The translations under genes were made by a program, and so were the position numbers. Below the pieces are notes generated by a model. It worked only from the letters and a program-made list of their open reading frames with translations. It did not search any database and was not told the DNA's origin. Positions 1-9,197 of a DNA stretch of 49,753 bases are shown here, in pieces. The stretch spans positions 1 through 49,753 of the forward strand of contig JBIKWF010000019.1 in NCBI GenBank assembly GCA_044356455.1, given 5' to 3'. The stretch is from Bdellovibrionota bacterium (GTDB taxonomy: Bacteria; Bdellovibrionota_C; UBA2361; JBGSMV01). Numbering within the stretch: position 1 is the first letter of the stretch; each line of letters begins with the position of its first letter.

Positions 1-79
1 GCTCGATAACTCCAGTGAATTTACAACAAAGTCTATTTCATCTTTATCTCCCTTCACTTACGGCTTAGTCTTGTCGCGA

Positions 80-182
80 TCCGTGTCCTCTGTGGTGAAA
101 TTCGCATGAAAAAATTCACCACAGAGGACACGGAGGTACACAGAGGTGTAATAGGATTGGTGGTTTTTCAGAAGTTCACTAG
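80..182. mobile_element. Partial copy of palindromic MITE-like repeat (family A)
   Basis: Perfect 20-bp inverted repeat TCCGTGTCCTCTGTGGTGAA (80-99) / TTCACCACAGAGGACACGGA (115-134); right end TTTTTCAGAAGTTCA-CTAG (164-182) as in other copies; left end not seen. Confidence 0.75.
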
Positions 183-252
183 ATTTGAGCTTCCAGTCAA
201 TTTAGGGGCGTAATTATCGGCAGCTCGTAATGTCTCGGGCACTGGCAATCGA

Positions 253-1251
253 TCAAATCGCGTCCTTGGCACTTGAATCCTCGCGGCTCATCGCGACGGT
301 GCTCGCGCGCTCAAAGCCAATCGTATCATTCGCGCGAACGGCGATAGTAATGGCAAGCTCTTCTAAATTAGGGTGCGACTCAAGAAGCTGCTTCCCCAGC
401 TTCCTGTTAATAATCTCCCAATAATCAACCTCATTAGGATAGGACGTGAGAAACTCTTTTATTTCTTGCTCAAAAGTCCTGAAGTCCGGCAAGGACGGAA
501 GCGCGTTCTTGTAACGAAAGCTTACCGAGAGGTCGAGCGTCTTTACCTCTCCATGATGCTCCATTTGAAACCCAGGCATCTCGAAGCGAAACTTCTCCTC
601 AAGCCACCCAGGTCCCGCTAAAGGAAAATCCGCCAGTGGCTTAAGAAAATTTGAGAGCTGCGCAAGGTGAGGTCCGAAGTTGAAACAAGTTAGAATCTCT
701 CCGTGCGCGAGGTGTAACACGGCGCAATCTAAATCAAGAGGCATGTTTGACTTGGCCTTCTCGGGGAGCGCGGACTCGTCACGAATTGCCGTGAGGGCTG
801 CTTCATGGAGCCGTGTTCTTGTGATGAGAGCATCCGTGGGGTCGGTATCAATTTTTCCAATAAAGATTCCACCCCGGGCCGTAATTTCAATCTTCCAGAA
901 TCCCTCTGACAGAGGCAGCGAGCGCGAACTGCCTGAAGGTGCAGATTCAGAAGCCGATATCCAGTACCCCTTTGCTGCTCTATCTTGCACCGTCCCTATC
1001 CAGCTTAAAGATTCACTATGAAACTCCCAAGTGAACGCATTAAGCACGCTCCAGTGGGCAAGCAGAGCAGGATGAGCTGAGAGAATGCGTGCGCCTTCTC
1101 GGCCAAAGGCTCCTTCGAGTACGTGTGGTCCATCAAGAGAGGCAAAGATAGCGCTGAGCCCCGTGCGACCGCCGCGTTCTATTCGGGACGCAGGAGAGGT
1201 ACTCCCGGGAAAGATACTTTGTGAGGCTGGATCCGAACCTTGAAAACACAT
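253..1251 (-). CDS. Hypothetical protein; C-terminal FolB/T-fold-like domain, possibly degenerate SpoIIE/PP2C-like middle
   Basis: 332-aa ORF; C-terminal LDLSVSFRY..PDF..YWEIINRKLGKQLLESHPNLEELAITIAV follows the dihydroneopterin-aldolase-like pattern; start uncertain. Confidence 0.55.
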   Translation of the reverse strand: MCFQGSDPASQSIFPGSTSPASRIERGGRTGLSAIFASLDGPHVLEGAFGREGARILSAHPALLAHWSVLNAFTWEFHSESLSWIGTVQDRAAKGYWISASESAPSGSSRSLPLSEGFWKIEITARGGIFIGKIDTDPTDALITRTRLHEAALTAIRDESALPEKAKSNMPLDLDCAVLHLAHGEILTCFNFGPHLAQLSNFLKPLADFPLAGPGWLEEKFRFEMPGFQMEHHGEVKTLDLSVSFRYKNALPSLPDFRTFEQEIKEFLTSYPNEVDYWEIINRKLGKQLLESHPNLEELAITIAVRANDTIGFERASTVAMSREDSSAKDAI

Positions 1252-1509
1252 GGATCAAATCGCCAAAAGCCCCTGCCGAAGTGGGCAAAGGTTGCAAATG
1301 AAATGAGTGCGCTGCACTCTTCCCGCGAGGCCTTTCGTAGCAGCACCAGATAGTGACGAAAATCACATCGCTAACATAGCGAAGCCGAGTGGTTGTTCTG
1401 CCCCAAGGGGCGATAGACTTATGGGCAATAAGCCTAACCTGCTGATTATTTTAAGGAGAGGCTAAGAAGCCTCATTTTTTATAGAGTTCCCAAACTTCCT
1501 TGGAACTCC

Positions 1510-3459
1510 TCAATCGGCCTTGCTCGAAAGCGCCCGCATACTCTCAAGAATCTCATCTGCCGTCTTGCGTGCGAGTTTGTCGAGTTCGGCTTCCTGAACC
1601 GCCTTCGAAACCTGAGCCAACATCTTAGGCGAAAGAGGTCCGTCCACTTTCGCCATTGCACGCAAGCAGAACGCTCCAACAATATCAGATAAGTTGTATG
1701 GCTTATCTGGCGCGTTAGAGGCCGTCATTTTGAAAAAGTCGATGATAAGCTTCAGGTCCTCTGCTCGGCCCGCATTAATGCGCATGGCGAGAACATCACC
1801 AAGTCCATGCAGCTCAAACAATGGTCGCGTCGTAGTGGCCAGACCTTTAAGCGTTTTGGCGACATGCGGAGAAGCGACCTCAGAAACAAAGCGCATGTTG
1901 TTTTCGTCCTGCCGCGCCTGGTAAGGACTAGGCTGCTCACGAGGTAACTCACTCCGCATTAATGCCTTACCAGCCTGAAGCACACAGAGACTGAAATACT
2001 GAGAAAACTCTCGCGGAGAGAACTTCTTAAGAGCCGCCTTCGCCGCAGGATCAGACACTCCGAGTGCAATGACTGCAGCCCAGCGCACCAATGGGCCTTC
2101 AGATGAAAGGGCAGAGCGCAGTGCCTTCTGTTTGAGGGGATGATCCCCGCAGGAAAGTAGCCCAATTGCAGCAGCTTTATGATGCTCACGCGGCGGATAT
2201 CCCTCTAGATGACCGCGCTTTGGCTCCAGGGCTTTTTTAGCTAGCGCGCGCACACTTTCCCATAGAGACTGCGGAGGAGTGATAAGAACGGAAGTCGCAG
2301 CGCCGAGAGCCTCGGCGTCAAGGTTCTTCTTCATCTGAACCGCAAGATCTGTCACGAAGGTGGTTGCCAAGCCATCCTCCTTAAAAACTTTGCAAAAACT
2401 CTGGTGGTACTTCTCGGGGCCACTTGCACACAGGATAGAAAAAGCGTTCTCGCGCGCATCCTTTTTCTCAGAGGAATCCACAAAGACTCTTGCTGCCTCA
2501 AGTTCCAATTGCTCATTGGGAACTTCTGACAGAGCCTCTTTTGCTCTCACCCCAGCAAAGAGTTTCGTTCGAACATCGCCAACGGCATGCCTATACGATT
2601 CAGCAACTACTGCTTTACAGGCGGCATCATCTTCTCTCAAAAGTATGCTGCATGCGCCGGCAGCAAGCTCTTGCCCTTGCCTTCCTAGAGCTGCGGAGAT
2701 GAGAAATTCGCGCACTTGGACATCTTGATGAGCCAGCAAATGATCCCTGACCGAGTTTAAGCGCCTGTCAGGAGAGTGAGGGTTCTCAGCAACCAACGTC
2801 TTCACATCATAGGGCATTTGAAGCATCACGTAACGAGCAATATCTTTCGCTTCCTCTACGGTCGGCTCTTTATTAATAAAAAAATCCTTGCTGTAGATAG
2901 GTTGATCCATTCTGCAATCAAGCAGCGCCCCCAAGGCTGATAATCTAACCAGTTCGTGATCCGCCTTAAGGAGATCTCGAAAAATCTGCCGCAACTCTTC
3001 GTTTAAATTTCCTTGATATAGCCTTAGAATTGCCGAGCGCACGGTGGGCTCAGGAGACTCATCTAAAAGCTCACGCAAGCGATAAGCCCCACACGGAGCT
3101 TTATTCAAAACAACGGCTGCTACTACCTGCTTGTCGGTTGCGACGAGAAGGACCTCACTGCAAGGCGAACTCTCCGGAATTTGATGAAGAATTGATTCTA
3201 AAATCTTAACGGCGCGTTCGCCATGAGCGCCATGAATATGATCCGTGAGATAGGAGAAGCACTTTATGAAATCCTGACGCGGAAGACTCTCGCTGCCAAG
3301 CAACTTTGCCGCAACTCGCTCAAGTTGAGCTTCCGGGGAATTCGAAACTTGAGCGGCAAGTTCTTCTGCACTCGGCTCTGATGGAATTCCCGTAACAGGG
3401 TGAGCAGCCACGCCCCTTGGGTCCCTTGCTGTTCCTTTGGCACTGCGATCAAAAGACAT
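1510..3459 (-). CDS. HEAT/ARM-repeat orphan protein
   Basis: 649-aa ORF with HEAT-like units (EPTVRSAILRL, HELVRLSALGAL, GPLVRWAAVIALG) and a disordered N-terminus. Confidence 0.75.
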   Translation of the reverse strand: MSFDRSAKGTARDPRGVAAHPVTGIPSEPSAEELAAQVSNSPEAQLERVAAKLLGSESLPRQDFIKCFSYLTDHIHGAHGERAVKILESILHQIPESSPCSEVLLVATDKQVVAAVVLNKAPCGAYRLRELLDESPEPTVRSAILRLYQGNLNEELRQIFRDLLKADHELVRLSALGALLDCRMDQPIYSKDFFINKEPTVEEAKDIARYVMLQMPYDVKTLVAENPHSPDRRLNSVRDHLLAHQDVQVREFLISAALGRQGQELAAGACSILLREDDAACKAVVAESYRHAVGDVRTKLFAGVRAKEALSEVPNEQLELEAARVFVDSSEKKDARENAFSILCASGPEKYHQSFCKVFKEDGLATTFVTDLAVQMKKNLDAEALGAATSVLITPPQSLWESVRALAKKALEPKRGHLEGYPPREHHKAAAIGLLSCGDHPLKQKALRSALSSEGPLVRWAAVIALGVSDPAAKAALKKFSPREFSQYFSLCVLQAGKALMRSELPREQPSPYQARQDENNMRFVSEVASPHVAKTLKGLATTTRPLFELHGLGDVLAMRINAGRAEDLKLIIDFFKMTASNAPDKPYNLSDIVGAFCLRAMAKVDGPLSPKMLAQVSKAVQEAELDKLARKTADEILESMRALSSKAD

Positions 3460-3558
3460 GTAAATCCTGCGGACTATCCACCTTGTCTATCTCACTAGTT
3501 ATGAACGTTGCGGAACACGGAGTAGCAAAAAGAAGCAACGCTTTTTCAGGCGGTTACG

Positions 3559-3680
3559 CTAGGGAGCCTCTGAAAAACTTACCTCTGTGTACCCCGGCAT
3601 CCTCTGTGGTGAAATTTTCATCAAGGAATTCACCACAGAGGACACGAAAGGGGGAACGACGGGTTTCAGAGGTTCGTTAA
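3559..3680. mobile_element. MITE-like repeat (family A)
   Basis: CTAG-GGAGCCTCTGAAAAA ... TTTCAGAGGTTCG-TTAA with internal CCTCTGTGGTGAA / TTCACCACAGAGG stem. Confidence 0.8.
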
Positions 3681-4189
3681 CTCATTTCATCCGCGGCACG
3701 GGATTTTGCTACTTTTTCGCGCCGGGCGCCAAGGGACCGAGCATGTAAATCACCAGTGTAAGATAGGAGGCGGTCAACATTACGCCCTAATCGAACGAGC
3801 TCAACCCCCAGAGGCGCGCTTGCTGCAAGTTCCTGCATGGATTCTTGTTTTAGCCATTCTACAATACGAAGATGTAGCTTCTTACCAAGGTCGCCAATCT
3901 CGCGAGGGGTCTGAAGCCTCTCTCGTCCGTTAATAAACGATATCCATTCACTGCCACCAACACGCCCATCCGAGGCTTCAAGAATCTCGCCGAATGAGCA
4001 CTGGATCTCATCTTTCATGGCTTCAATGCGAGCACGCGGGGAGGAAAAGGTTAGTAGGGCCTGCTTGGGCGATTGGTGATGGGGCTCGTGATCTACCCCG
4101 CCGCGGGTGGGTTGTGATGCCTTAGCGGGCTCTCTCCCCTTATGGCCTGCGCGATGACGAGAGACTGGTGCGCCTGATCCTGAATGCAT
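3677..4189 (-). CDS. Hypothetical protein
   Basis: ORF track gives 3677..4273; ATG at 4189 (MHSGSG) preceded by GGGA is the likelier start; no recognised motif. Confidence 0.55.
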   Translation of the reverse strand: MHSGSGAPVSRHRAGHKGREPAKASQPTRGGVDHEPHHQSPKQALLTFSSPRARIEAMKDEIQCSFGEILEASDGRVGGSEWISFINGRERLQTPREIGDLGKKLHLRIVEWLKQESMQELAASAPLGVELVRLGRNVDRLLSYTGDLHARSLGARREKVAKSRAADEMS

Positions 4190-4382
4190 TTGGCTGTCCC
4201 AAAACAAAGAGCGTGAAGCCAAAGGATAACAGAAAGGGACGCCTAAGCTACGGTAGGCCCTCGTATTCCTCACTTTTCAGGGCAGAAAGTCAAAAATGCG
4301 CTAGCCTCTCAAGATCCGGGAAGAATATCCCAAAAGTTATTGATATTTCTCACCCAAGAACCATGTTAAGGACTGAGACTGG

Positions 4383-4941
4383 ATGCATATATCCTTCAAC
4401 CGACACAGAAGTACCGTTCATGTCAGGCAACCCCTATCCCCCCTGGGAAAGGTAGTCTTTTGCATTATTTTCTCGCTTGTGGGTCTTGGCCTCCTTATTG
4501 GTGCCTACTTTCTGAGTAGGAACACACGCGAGTTCCTCGCCGTCTCCAAACACGCCCGGGGAGAGGTGATTGACATGATTCGGGAGGAGAGCACGAGCGG
4601 AACGGGATATAAGCGCCGAACGAGCTCAACCTACTTCCCTGAGATTCGTTTCACCTCCGAGGATGGCGTCACCGTTGAATTTAGGGGTAGTAGCGGAAGT
4701 AACCCGCCCTCTTACCACCGCGGTCAATCAATCGATGTACTTTACAACCCGAGCTCTCCGCACGATGCCCGAATAAACGGTTGGTTCGAATTGTGGGGGG
4801 GGCGCCGTGATTTGCTGCGTTATTGGGGTAGTCTTCTTGCTTATTGGCACTTTACCCGCACTATTCTTTGGAGTGGTTTTGTTCGCGGCAAGCAAGTCTT
4901 CGCGAAGATCGGGAATGCCGCCGCCGCCTCCAGTTGGGTGA
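4383..4941 (+). pseudogene. DUF3592-type membrane protein, frameshifted at a G8 tract (4795-4802)
   Basis: N-terminal TM helix, then ARGEVID...YFPEIRFTSEDG...YHRGQSIDVLYNPSSPHDARI; the expected second TM helix (GAVICCVIGVVFLLIGTLPALFFG, stop 4939-4941) lies in the shifted frame after the G run. Confidence 0.75.
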
Positions 4942-4991
4942 TGTTTTTGGAACAACCACTAAGAACACGGAGAACACCAAGGGATGCTTTT

Positions 4992-5128
4992 TTAGGGAAT
5001 CTCTGAAAACCTCCCGTCGGAATACACCTCTGCGTACCCCTGCGTCCTCTGTGGTGAATTCTTAAATAAGAGTTTGACCACAGGGGACGCAGAGGTGCGC
5101 ACTGATAATTTCTTCAGAGGTTACCTAG
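4992..5128. mobile_element. MITE-like repeat (family A)
   Basis: TTAG-GGAATCTCTGAAAA ... TCTTCAGAGGTTAC-CTAG with internal TGCGTCCTCTGTGGT / ACCACAGGGGACGCA stem. Confidence 0.8.
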
Positions 5129-5170
5129 TATGGTGAGTTGCAAGTTCTCTTAAGAATTGTAATGGCAATT

Positions 5171-5244
5171 TTAACGCGAAGGACACGAAGGTCGCGAAGA
5201 TAGCCATTCGAATTCCTTCGCAACCTTCGTGTCCTTCGCGTTAA
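5171..5244. repeat. 29-bp inverted repeat built of 9-bp units
   Basis: TTAACGCGAAGGACACGAAGGTCGCGAAG (5171-5199) / CTTCGCAACCTTCGTGTCCTTCGCGTTAA (5216-5244), one mismatch. Confidence 0.85.
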
Positions 5245-5269
5245 TTAAGTTCTTCACAGCACTTCTAAC

Positions 5270-7300
5270 TCAGGTCACGAGATATGGCACCTTTAGAAGG
5301 CTCTGCCTGAGCTGAGCAGAATCTTTAGCTTTGGGCAGGCAAGTCTGACCTTCGCAAATCTCAAGAACTTCTTCACCCCCACCAGGCCGAGCAGAAATAA
5401 CCACCTGCGGAAGAAACTCTTTCCGTACCCAGTTCGCAAAAGAAGAGTCCCTAGGCGCTGAGGAATATAGCTTCACCTCCCGAACTCCTCTTCCTAACAT
5501 ATCAACCCCGCACAGCAGCTTCGCCACCGCAGTGGGATGGCGCCGTGCCACGGGAAGCATAGAGGAAAGTAAATTCTGGGCTCTCTCGTGGTACCGAGGC
5601 TCTTGAAAGAGAGAACCGAGCATCAATAAATTCGAAAAAGTAACTCCCGCCGCCGATGGCGTCGCATTATCGAGATAGTCCTTTTTGCGAACCGGGACTT
5701 CCTGCGAAGCGCTAAAATAGTATCCACTTCCTTGCTCGTCCCAAAGAGCCTCATCCTGCTCGCGCTGGAGCTCGCGCGCGGCGTCTATCCACGCCGAATT
5801 AAAGTCGGAGCGATACAACTGCAGAAGTCCCTCGATGAGATACGCATAGTCTTCGAGGCAGGCCTTATGGCGGGCTTCGCCGCCGCAAAGGCTTCTAAAA
5901 AGAGTTCCGTTCGGACGAAGACATTTAAGGATTCTGGACGCCGCATGCTGAGCAGCACGAAGGTACCTAGAATCCCCCAAGACTTGATGACCTTTGGCAA
6001 GCGCCGCTATCGCAAGCCCATTCCATCCACACAATATCTTTTCATCGCGTAGGGGCCTCTTTCGTTTTGCCCTTTGCGCTAAAAGCAGCTCCCAAATTTG
6101 AAGATAAGATGCGTTAGACTTTTCAGCCCACGTTGAATCTTCAGCCAAGGTGAGGATGACCGTGCCATGCTCAAAATTTCCGCCCTCGGGAATTGGATGA
6201 ACCTTGAGTAGATCCGCGTACTGGGAAGGCGTAAGAAGCTCCTTGAGCTCGGCCTCACGCCATACGTAGAACTCTCCTTCCCTTTCAACTTCTCCCGCAT
6301 CCTCTGCCGAATAAAATCCTCCTGCGGGGTCCTGCATGTCTCTTAGGAGATAATCTAAGGTATCGCGCGCAACGTGGGCGAAGTCCTCCCTTCCTAAAAC
6401 TTGCGCAGCTTCAAGATACGCTACGGCGAGCAAAGAATTGTCATACAGCATCTTCTCAAAGTGCGGCACGAGCCACTTGTCATCGGTTGAATAGCGGTGA
6501 AAGCCGCCTCCTAAATGATCAAAGATTCCGCCGTAGGCCATTTTGGAGAGCGTGAGCGAAGCCATCGAGAGCGCGCGCCCTCTTGCCTCTGGATCTGCGA
6601 GGCGACTTGCAGCGCGAAGAATCAGCGAAACATGCGTTGCCGGTGGAAACTTAGGTGCCGGGGAGAAACCTCCCTGAATCTCATCAAAATGCTGCAAGGA
6701 GTAAGCGAGTGCCCCTTGAAGCAGCGCATCTCCCTCTGCAAGCGCAAGAGGGTGCCGTGCGTCAGGCTCGGCCGGTCCCTCGCTCGCAAGTTCCGCCCGG
6801 GCGGTAAGCACCGATAGAATATGATCAGACGCTGAGAGCACTTTGGCCCTATCGTTCTCCCAAGCACTAGAAAGCGCTTCCAAAATCTTAAGAAACTGCG
6901 CCCTTGGAAAGAACGTCCCGCCCCAAAACGGCTTACGGTCCGGAGTGAGAAAAACCGTCATCGGCCATCCCCCGTGCCCGGTTAAGGCGACGACCGCGTC
7001 CATGTAGACCTGGTCAACGTCGGGGCGCTCTTCGCGATCTACCTTTATTGAAATAAATTTTTGATTCAGTACGGCAGCCACCGCCGCAGATTCAAAGGAG
7101 TCGTGCTCCATTACGTGGCACCAATAACACGTCGAATAACCTATGGAGAGGAAGATTGGCTTGTCCTCGGCAGCAGCTCTTTTAAATGCTTCCTCTCCCC
7201 AGGCGTGCCACCAGACTGGATTATCTTTATGCTGCAACAGGTAGGGGCTTTTCTCTGATGCGAGGTAGTTTTGGCCCACGGGAGAAATTGAATCAGTCAT
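5270..7300 (-). CDS. Thioredoxin-domain protein, YyaL/DUF255 (SPATA20) family
   Basis: [55 protein letters not shown] motifs; start taken at MTDSIS (7300). Confidence 0.92.
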   Translation of the reverse strand: MTDSISPVGQNYLASEKSPYLLQHKDNPVWWHAWGEEAFKRAAAEDKPIFLSIGYSTCYWCHVMEHDSFESAAVAAVLNQKFISIKVDREERPDVDQVYMDAVVALTGHGGWPMTVFLTPDRKPFWGGTFFPRAQFLKILEALSSAWENDRAKVLSASDHILSVLTARAELASEGPAEPDARHPLALAEGDALLQGALAYSLQHFDEIQGGFSPAPKFPPATHVSLILRAASRLADPEARGRALSMASLTLSKMAYGGIFDHLGGGFHRYSTDDKWLVPHFEKMLYDNSLLAVAYLEAAQVLGREDFAHVARDTLDYLLRDMQDPAGGFYSAEDAGEVEREGEFYVWREAELKELLTPSQYADLLKVHPIPEGGNFEHGTVILTLAEDSTWAEKSNASYLQIWELLLAQRAKRKRPLRDEKILCGWNGLAIAALAKGHQVLGDSRYLRAAQHAASRILKCLRPNGTLFRSLCGGEARHKACLEDYAYLIEGLLQLYRSDFNSAWIDAARELQREQDEALWDEQGSGYYFSASQEVPVRKKDYLDNATPSAAGVTFSNLLMLGSLFQEPRYHERAQNLLSSMLPVARRHPTAVAKLLCGVDMLGRGVREVKLYSSAPRDSSFANWVRKEFLPQVVISARPGGGEEVLEICEGQTCLPKAKDSAQLRQSLLKVPYLVT

Positions 7301-7391
7301 ATTTTGCCACAGGCAGCCATGCGGCCGCCGCTGTCCTTCGCTGAGAACGTTACTCGAGAAATAAAATCCATGGTAGGGCGCCCTACCTTCG

Positions 7392-7889
7392 CTACCAGCG
7401 GTCACTCGGCGCTTTTTTACCGAGATACTCGTCAAGCCTGCGCCTCGTCCCCGGGCTCACGTCCTCAGGGAGCTTATCAAGCGGAAAAAACTTCGCCTCT
7501 GCAATCTCGAAGGCCTGGGGAACTAAGGGACCTGGCTCCCATTCTTTTACGAGGAAAAGAACTACGTGATCGTGTTTATATTGAACGCGATTACTAAAGA
7601 CTCCGAGCAGGTGCTTAGAGTCCACCATTCCCCGTATACCCGTTTCTTCGTACAATTCGCGCGCTGCGGCCTCCGCCACCGTCTCACCACGGTCAAGCTT
7701 CCCTCCCGGAATATGCCATCCCGGACGGTAAGTATGGCGCACCAGAAGAACTTCGCCCTGCCCCGAAATAAGCAGCGTCTTAACCCCGAAGGTTACGGGT
7801 CTCACGAGCCAGTAGTAACATCCCAATGCCAGGTGGCCTAAACGGGCCGCCAGGGCTAAAAGCGCTCTTCTGCCTGGGTTACTTTTCAT
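7392..7889 (-). CDS. NUDIX hydrolase
   Basis: Nudix box [23 protein letters not shown]. Confidence 0.92.
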   Translation of the reverse strand: MKSNPGRRALLALAARLGHLALGCYYWLVRPVTFGVKTLLISGQGEVLLVRHTYRPGWHIPGGKLDRGETVAEAAARELYEETGIRGMVDSKHLLGVFSNRVQYKHDHVVLFLVKEWEPGPLVPQAFEIAEAKFFPLDKLPEDVSPGTRRRLDEYLGKKAPSDRW

Positions 7890-7977
7890 TTAATGCAGCA
7901 TGGATCGATTCATCGCTTACGTCTAGAATCGAGCCTTGTTAATACTAGGTATTCTCAGTCGAGTGGAGCCTTCAGCT

Positions 7978-9099
7978 ATGGTTCACAATAAGCCTTTCAG
8001 CCGACAGCTTGTTGGCCGAGTCGCCGCGCCCCTCTTATGCTTACTTCAGGTTTCTATCCCGCATCACGTCTCAGCTGAAAACATCGCGCAGCCTCAAGCC
8101 TCTTCCTCCGCGCCAAAGGTCGGAGTGATCTTAGGGCTCACTGGAGCAGGAGCAAAGTGGTCAAAGTACCAAAGGCTTGGGCTTGAACTCGCCGCTGAGG
8201 AACTAAAAGCAGAGGGAACGCCTGTTGAACTTTATATCGAAGATTCCCAAACAGCGCCGAGCGGCGCCGTGAGTTCCTTTCAAAAGCTGCTTAGCCTAAA
8301 CCATGTTGACGCGGTCATGGGGGATATTTTCGCACTCGTTACAGAGCCCCTTATCCCCCTTTCGGCTCAGAACAGTACGCTACTCGTAACCCCATCCATG
8401 CAAGAGCAGGCATGCGTACCGAGCAACCCCTTCTTTTTCTCGAGTGCCTCAAAAATTCCCCGCAGCAAAGTAGGATGGGAAGCGCTCTTTGCCTCACAAT
8501 CAAAATTGAAGCGTATCGCACTCGTTTATTTCGAAGATCCGGGCTGGGGCTTTATGTACCGTGATGTTTGGCGAACTCTCGCTAAAGAGCACGGCGTAAC
8601 TGTCGTAGATGAGTACACCTCGAACGACTACGTTCCCGATTTTAAGAGCATCTTTCCACGCCTCCTTGCCAAGAACCCGGACGGAATTTTTATAGCTCAC
8701 GAGCCTGAGGGCTCGATGAAAGCTCTTCGCCAGCTGGGATATAAGGGCGTTGTGGCATATGCCAACAATGTACTTGAGGTGATGGCTGGTAAAGACAGCC
8801 CCCCGGCGGCTTTTGATGGGGTATACTTTGTAGACGTCGCTACCTCTGAAGATTTTAGCTCTCGTTTTCAAAAAAAATGGGGCGAACTGCCTATCCTAGA
8901 GGCTCACTCAAGCTATGAGACCCTCAGAACCATCAGCAAAGCTGTTCGAAGCAACCCTAAGAACCCCGCCTTGGGCATGAAACACGTTCGTTACGAGGGT
9001 GTCGCCGGCCCCTTGGATTATAGCATTTCCTGCGCCGGAAACGGCTCCAATTGGCGCCTTATGCGTTTTACCAGCGCCGGATTTGAAGAGGTCCATTAG
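7978..9099 (+). CDS. ABC transporter substrate-binding protein, LivJ/LivK-like (type 1 periplasmic binding protein)
   Basis: Signal peptide; KVGVILGLTGAGA, LYIEDSQ, YEGVAGPL motifs; no permease or ATPase genes adjacent. Confidence 0.85.
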   Translation: MVHNKPFSRQLVGRVAAPLLCLLQVSIPHHVSAENIAQPQASSSAPKVGVILGLTGAGAKWSKYQRLGLELAAEELKAEGTPVELYIEDSQTAPSGAVSSFQKLLSLNHVDAVMGDIFALVTEPLIPLSAQNSTLLVTPSMQEQACVPSNPFFFSSASKIPRSKVGWEALFASQSKLKRIALVYFEDPGWGFMYRDVWRTLAKEHGVTVVDEYTSNDYVPDFKSIFPRLLAKNPDGIFIAHEPEGSMKALRQLGYKGVVAYANNVLEVMAGKDSPPAAFDGVYFVDVATSEDFSSRFQKKWGELPILEAHSSYETLRTISKAVRSNPKNPALGMKHVRYEGVAGPLDYSISCAGNGSNWRLMRFTSAGFEEVH

Positions 9100-9197
9100 G
9101 ACCACTTTTCCGATTCAACAGTTAAGGACTATAAGGTAGAACAGCTCTACCGATCCGCCAGCCACTTACGCTGGCGCATTTGAATACTGGAAATCCT

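Noticed and set aside
4942..5006. C-terminal extension of the 207-aa ORF 4383..5006
   Set aside because: Out-of-frame read-through after the G8 tract into repeat DNA
7301..7435. N-terminal extension of the YyaL-family ORF
   Set aside because: Overlaps the NUDIX gene; family similarity begins just after Met at 7300
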